Made by a program: the position numbers and the translations under genes. A DNA stretch of 64,000 nucleotides from positions 9,055 through 73,054 of the forward strand of contig JBDGRE010000005.1 in NCBI GenBank assembly GCA_042218325.1, given 5' to 3'. Shown here piece after piece: positions 61,755 through 64,000 of the stretch (position 1 is its first letter; each line of letters begins with the position of its first letter). The notes beneath the pieces were generated by a model that made no database searches, was not told the origin of the DNA, and saw only the letters and a program-made list of their open reading frames with translations. The stretch comes from Candidatus Nanohaloarchaea archaeon. GTDB lineage: Archaea; Nanohalarchaeota; Nanosalinia; Nanosalinales; Nanosalinaceae.

Positions 61755-62816
61755 GTGAGAGATCTTGTAGTCGTCGGCGCAGGCCCTGTAGGGAGCCACC
61801 TCGCGAAACAGTTCTCGGAGCGAGAGAACGATGTAATTGTTATCGAGAGGAGCGAAGAGATAGGGAAGCCGCTCGCCTGCTCGGGCCACGTCTCGCCCGA
61901 TATCTGGGATTTCGTGCCTGAAGAGGCCCGGGAAAGACTGTACCAGAACGAGATAAGAGGTGCGAGATTCCACAGCGGCGAAAAAGAGTACCGGTTCTTC
62001 CGGGACGAGAAGGTTTCCTACGTCATCGACCGCATAGAGCTCGACGAAGTGAAGGCCGAGCAGGCCCGGAAAGCCGGCGCAAAGTACCGGCTCGGCGAGG
62101 AAGTCAGGGAGGTCGAAGAGCTCAAGGACCGGGTAAAGGTCGTCACCGGTGAAAAGGAGTACGAGGCGAAGATGGTCGCGGGTTGCGACGGCGCCGGCTC
62201 GAAGGTCCGGGAGGAAGCAGGCCTTGGAGAGCCGGGAAAGTTCTACCAGGGCATACTCGGCTTCAGCGACGAAGACGACGGTAGCGACTTCGTCGACGTC
62301 CATCTCGAGGTCCCGGAGTTCTTCGGCTGGAGGATACCCCGTGGCGACTCTGTCGAGTACGGGGCTGCGGTGCCGAGAGGTGAGAACCCGGTGGAGTGGC
62401 TGGAGAAGGTGACAGGGAAGCATGAGGCAGAGGTTGAGGATATCTGCGCTGGAGCTATACCTGTCGGTCCGGTCGATAGCGCGGTCTCACGCAGGGTCTT
62501 TTTGGCTGGGGACGCGGCAGGCCAGACCAAGCCGTTTACCGGTGGAGGCATCCTATACGGGATGAGGGCTGCAGAGGCAGCTGCCGAAACGATAGATGTC
62601 GAGAGGCCTGGAACACTGCAGGACTACGAGAGGGCGTGGCGGCAGGAGCTCGGCCGCGATATACTCATGGGGGAGTTCATCAGGAAGACGTACTCTGCGC
62701 CACCGATAATGCAGCAGGCGGGGATGTGGTTCTTCGAGGGTGAAATCGGTGTTCATATGGACAGGCCGACCTCTCTCCTGAGTTTTTCGCAGCTCCGTGC
62801 GCTGCTGAAGCGCTGA
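61755..62816 (+). CDS. Geranylgeranyl reductase family FAD-dependent oxidoreductase
   Basis: VVVGAGPVGSHLA dinucleotide fold and LAGDAAGQTKPFTGGGI motif. GTG start. Confidence 0.7.
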   Translation: MRDLVVVGAGPVGSHLAKQFSERENDVIVIERSEEIGKPLACSGHVSPDIWDFVPEEARERLYQNEIRGARFHSGEKEYRFFRDEKVSYVIDRIELDEVKAEQARKAGAKYRLGEEVREVEELKDRVKVVTGEKEYEAKMVAGCDGAGSKVREEAGLGEPGKFYQGILGFSDEDDGSDFVDVHLEVPEFFGWRIPRGDSVEYGAAVPRGENPVEWLEKVTGKHEAEVEDICAGAIPVGPVDSAVSRRVFLAGDAAGQTKPFTGGGILYGMRAAEAAAETIDVERPGTLQDYERAWRQELGRDILMGEFIRKTYSAPPIMQQAGMWFFEGEIGVHMDRPTSLLSFSQLRALLKR

Positions 62817-62852
62817 GCAATCTAATAAAAGATTCGTGGCCAAGCCTCTGGT

Positions 62853-63524
62853 ATGCATCTCGGTATCATCCCGGATGGAAACCGGCGTTACGCCCGGGAG
62901 AAAGGTATCTCGAAAGATAGGGCATACCGGAAGTCGAAGGACGTCATACTCGACCTTTTCGACAACGTAGACGACATGCCTGTAGATATCGACGAGACGA
63001 CTTTCTATCTGCTGTCGGAGGACAACCTCAGGCGGGATGAAGAGGAGCTGGAGACGCTTTTCGAGCTGCTGAGTGAGCAGATAGAGGAGACAGCATCCCA
63101 TTTCAACGGTAAAGGGTTTGCCTTCAACTGGGTTTCGACCCGGCCGGAAGCACTGCCCGGTTACCTGAGGAAGAAACTGAGCAACCTTGAGGAGGAGTAC
63201 GGCAGCGGCAAGAAACAGTTAAACGTCCTTATAGCCTACTCGGGCCGTCAGGATATAGTAAGGGCGGCGGACCGGGTCTGCGAGGAAAGTGGAGAGTTCT
63301 CCCGCGAAGCCATCAGGAGGAACCTCGGCATCCAGTCGGATATCGACTTCGTCATCCGGAGCGGCGACAACCCGACGCGGGAGGCTATCTCGGACTTCCC
63401 GATATGGAACGCCAGCTACGCCGAGTACTACCACGTGAAGAAATACTTCCCTGCGCTCGAGACATCGGATATCGAGCAGGCTCTCCACCACTTCAGGAAG
63501 CTGAGGCGGAAGAAAGGGCAATAG
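62853..63524 (+). CDS. uppS: Undecaprenyl-diphosphate synthase (cis-prenyltransferase)
   Basis: HLGIIPDGNRRYA and DFVIRSGDNPTREAISDFPIWNASYAEYY motifs. Confidence 0.85.
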   Translation: MHLGIIPDGNRRYAREKGISKDRAYRKSKDVILDLFDNVDDMPVDIDETTFYLLSEDNLRRDEEELETLFELLSEQIEETASHFNGKGFAFNWVSTRPEALPGYLRKKLSNLEEEYGSGKKQLNVLIAYSGRQDIVRAADRVCEESGEFSREAIRRNLGIQSDIDFVIRSGDNPTREAISDFPIWNASYAEYYHVKKYFPALETSDIEQALHHFRKLRRKKGQ

Positions 63525-63562
63525 ACCCGAGCTTTTTACCTCCTGCCAGACAGTTCTTGATC

Positions 63563-63670
63563 ATGGTTGACAGGACCTGCTGGAACTGCGGCTCGACGAT
63601 GTCGAAGCGGCCTGACTGCGAGCTGGAATGCTCCCGGTGCGGTTTCATCAGGGACTGCAGCGACCCATGA
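63563..63670 (+). CDS. Small zinc-ribbon protein
   Basis: 35 aa: MVDRTCWNCGSTMSKRPDCELECSRCGFIRDCSDP (CxxC...CxxC). The longer track ORF overlaps uppS. Confidence 0.4.
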   Translation: MVDRTCWNCGSTMSKRPDCELECSRCGFIRDCSDP

Positions 63671-63676
63671 TAAACT

Positions 63677-63994
63677 ATGAACCCACTCGATAACGATATA
63701 CAGGTCGGAACCGTAACTGAGGCGGAGAGGTTCGAGGAGGCCAGGAAGCCGGAGATGTTCAGGCTCGTGATCGACCTCGGCGACCGCAGGGTGCAGTCAG
63801 CGGCGCAGCTCGGCTACAACCACACAACGGATGAGGTTGAAGGGTCACAGGTCCTCTGCGTCACAGATCTCGACCCGGTCAGGATTGCCGGGTTCAAGTC
63901 GGAGGTGCTGACTATCGGCGTCCCTGGTGAGGACGGGAACCCGGTACTGGTGAAGCCCGGAAAGGAAGTGCCTGACGGCGGGGAGCTTTACTGA
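63677..63994 (+). CDS. tRNA-binding domain protein (CsaA/Trbp111-like)
   Basis: VGTVTEAERFEEARKPEMFRLVIDLG...VLCVTDLDPVRIAGFKSEVLTIG is an OB-fold pattern. Confidence 0.7.
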   Translation: MNPLDNDIQVGTVTEAERFEEARKPEMFRLVIDLGDRRVQSAAQLGYNHTTDEVEGSQVLCVTDLDPVRIAGFKSEVLTIGVPGEDGNPVLVKPGKEVPDGGELY

Positions 63995-64000
63995 TGGAGC

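Noticed and set aside
1-64000. Genome-wide reassignment of TAG to a sense codon
   Set aside because: Many conserved genes (hisS, nrdJ, nfo, sod, the MBF1 gene, uppS) terminate with TAG at family-typical C-termini. No tRNA with a CUA anticodon is present in the window. Only local readthrough or pseudogenisation remains possible.

Overview
Dense, mostly GC-rich archaeal chromosomal segment with about 85 protein genes and 3 tRNA genes. There is no rRNA and no CRISPR array. Archaeal identity is supported by class I LysRS, MBF1, a geranylgeranyl reductase, TATA-like boxes about 25-35 nt upstream of many starts, and intron-containing tRNA genes without encoded CCA. The strongly D/E-rich proteins suggest a salt-in halophile (inference). 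Content is largely housekeeping: amino-sugar/UDP-sugar genes (two GlmU-like nucleotidyltransferases, a phosphohexomutase, GlmS), HisG-HisRS, a YchF-type GTPase, a DEAD-box helicase, class II RNR with NrdR, endonuclease IV, an AlkA-like glycosylase, Fe/Mn SOD, LysRS, S2P and rhomboid proteases, UppS and GGR. Points worth a second look: (1) a sharp ~2.5-kb low-GC island (23.4-25.9 kb) that creates a DUF4260::NIF3 chimeric ORF. (2) A series of in-frame TAG codons interrupting or joining reading frames (cutA, the NIF3-like gene and three ORF pairs), plus two -1 frame disruptions. (3) All three tRNA genes carry unusually long introns (139, ~75 and 70 nt); the tRNA-Trp intron has box C/D motifs and a 12-nt element antisense to the anticodon arm. 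(4) A tRNA-Leu locus littered with partial tRNA copies and short direct repeats around an ORFan. (5) A short-form HisG translationally coupled to a full-length HisRS, with no HisZ in view. (6) A bacterial-style NrdR with paired NrdR-like boxes. (7) A 4xCBS protein with a C-terminal HPF/RaiA-like domain next to a NYN nuclease gene. Many long ORFs in the track are antisense shadows of real genes and were not annotated. All family assignments come from motif recognition by eye; no searches or computations were run.
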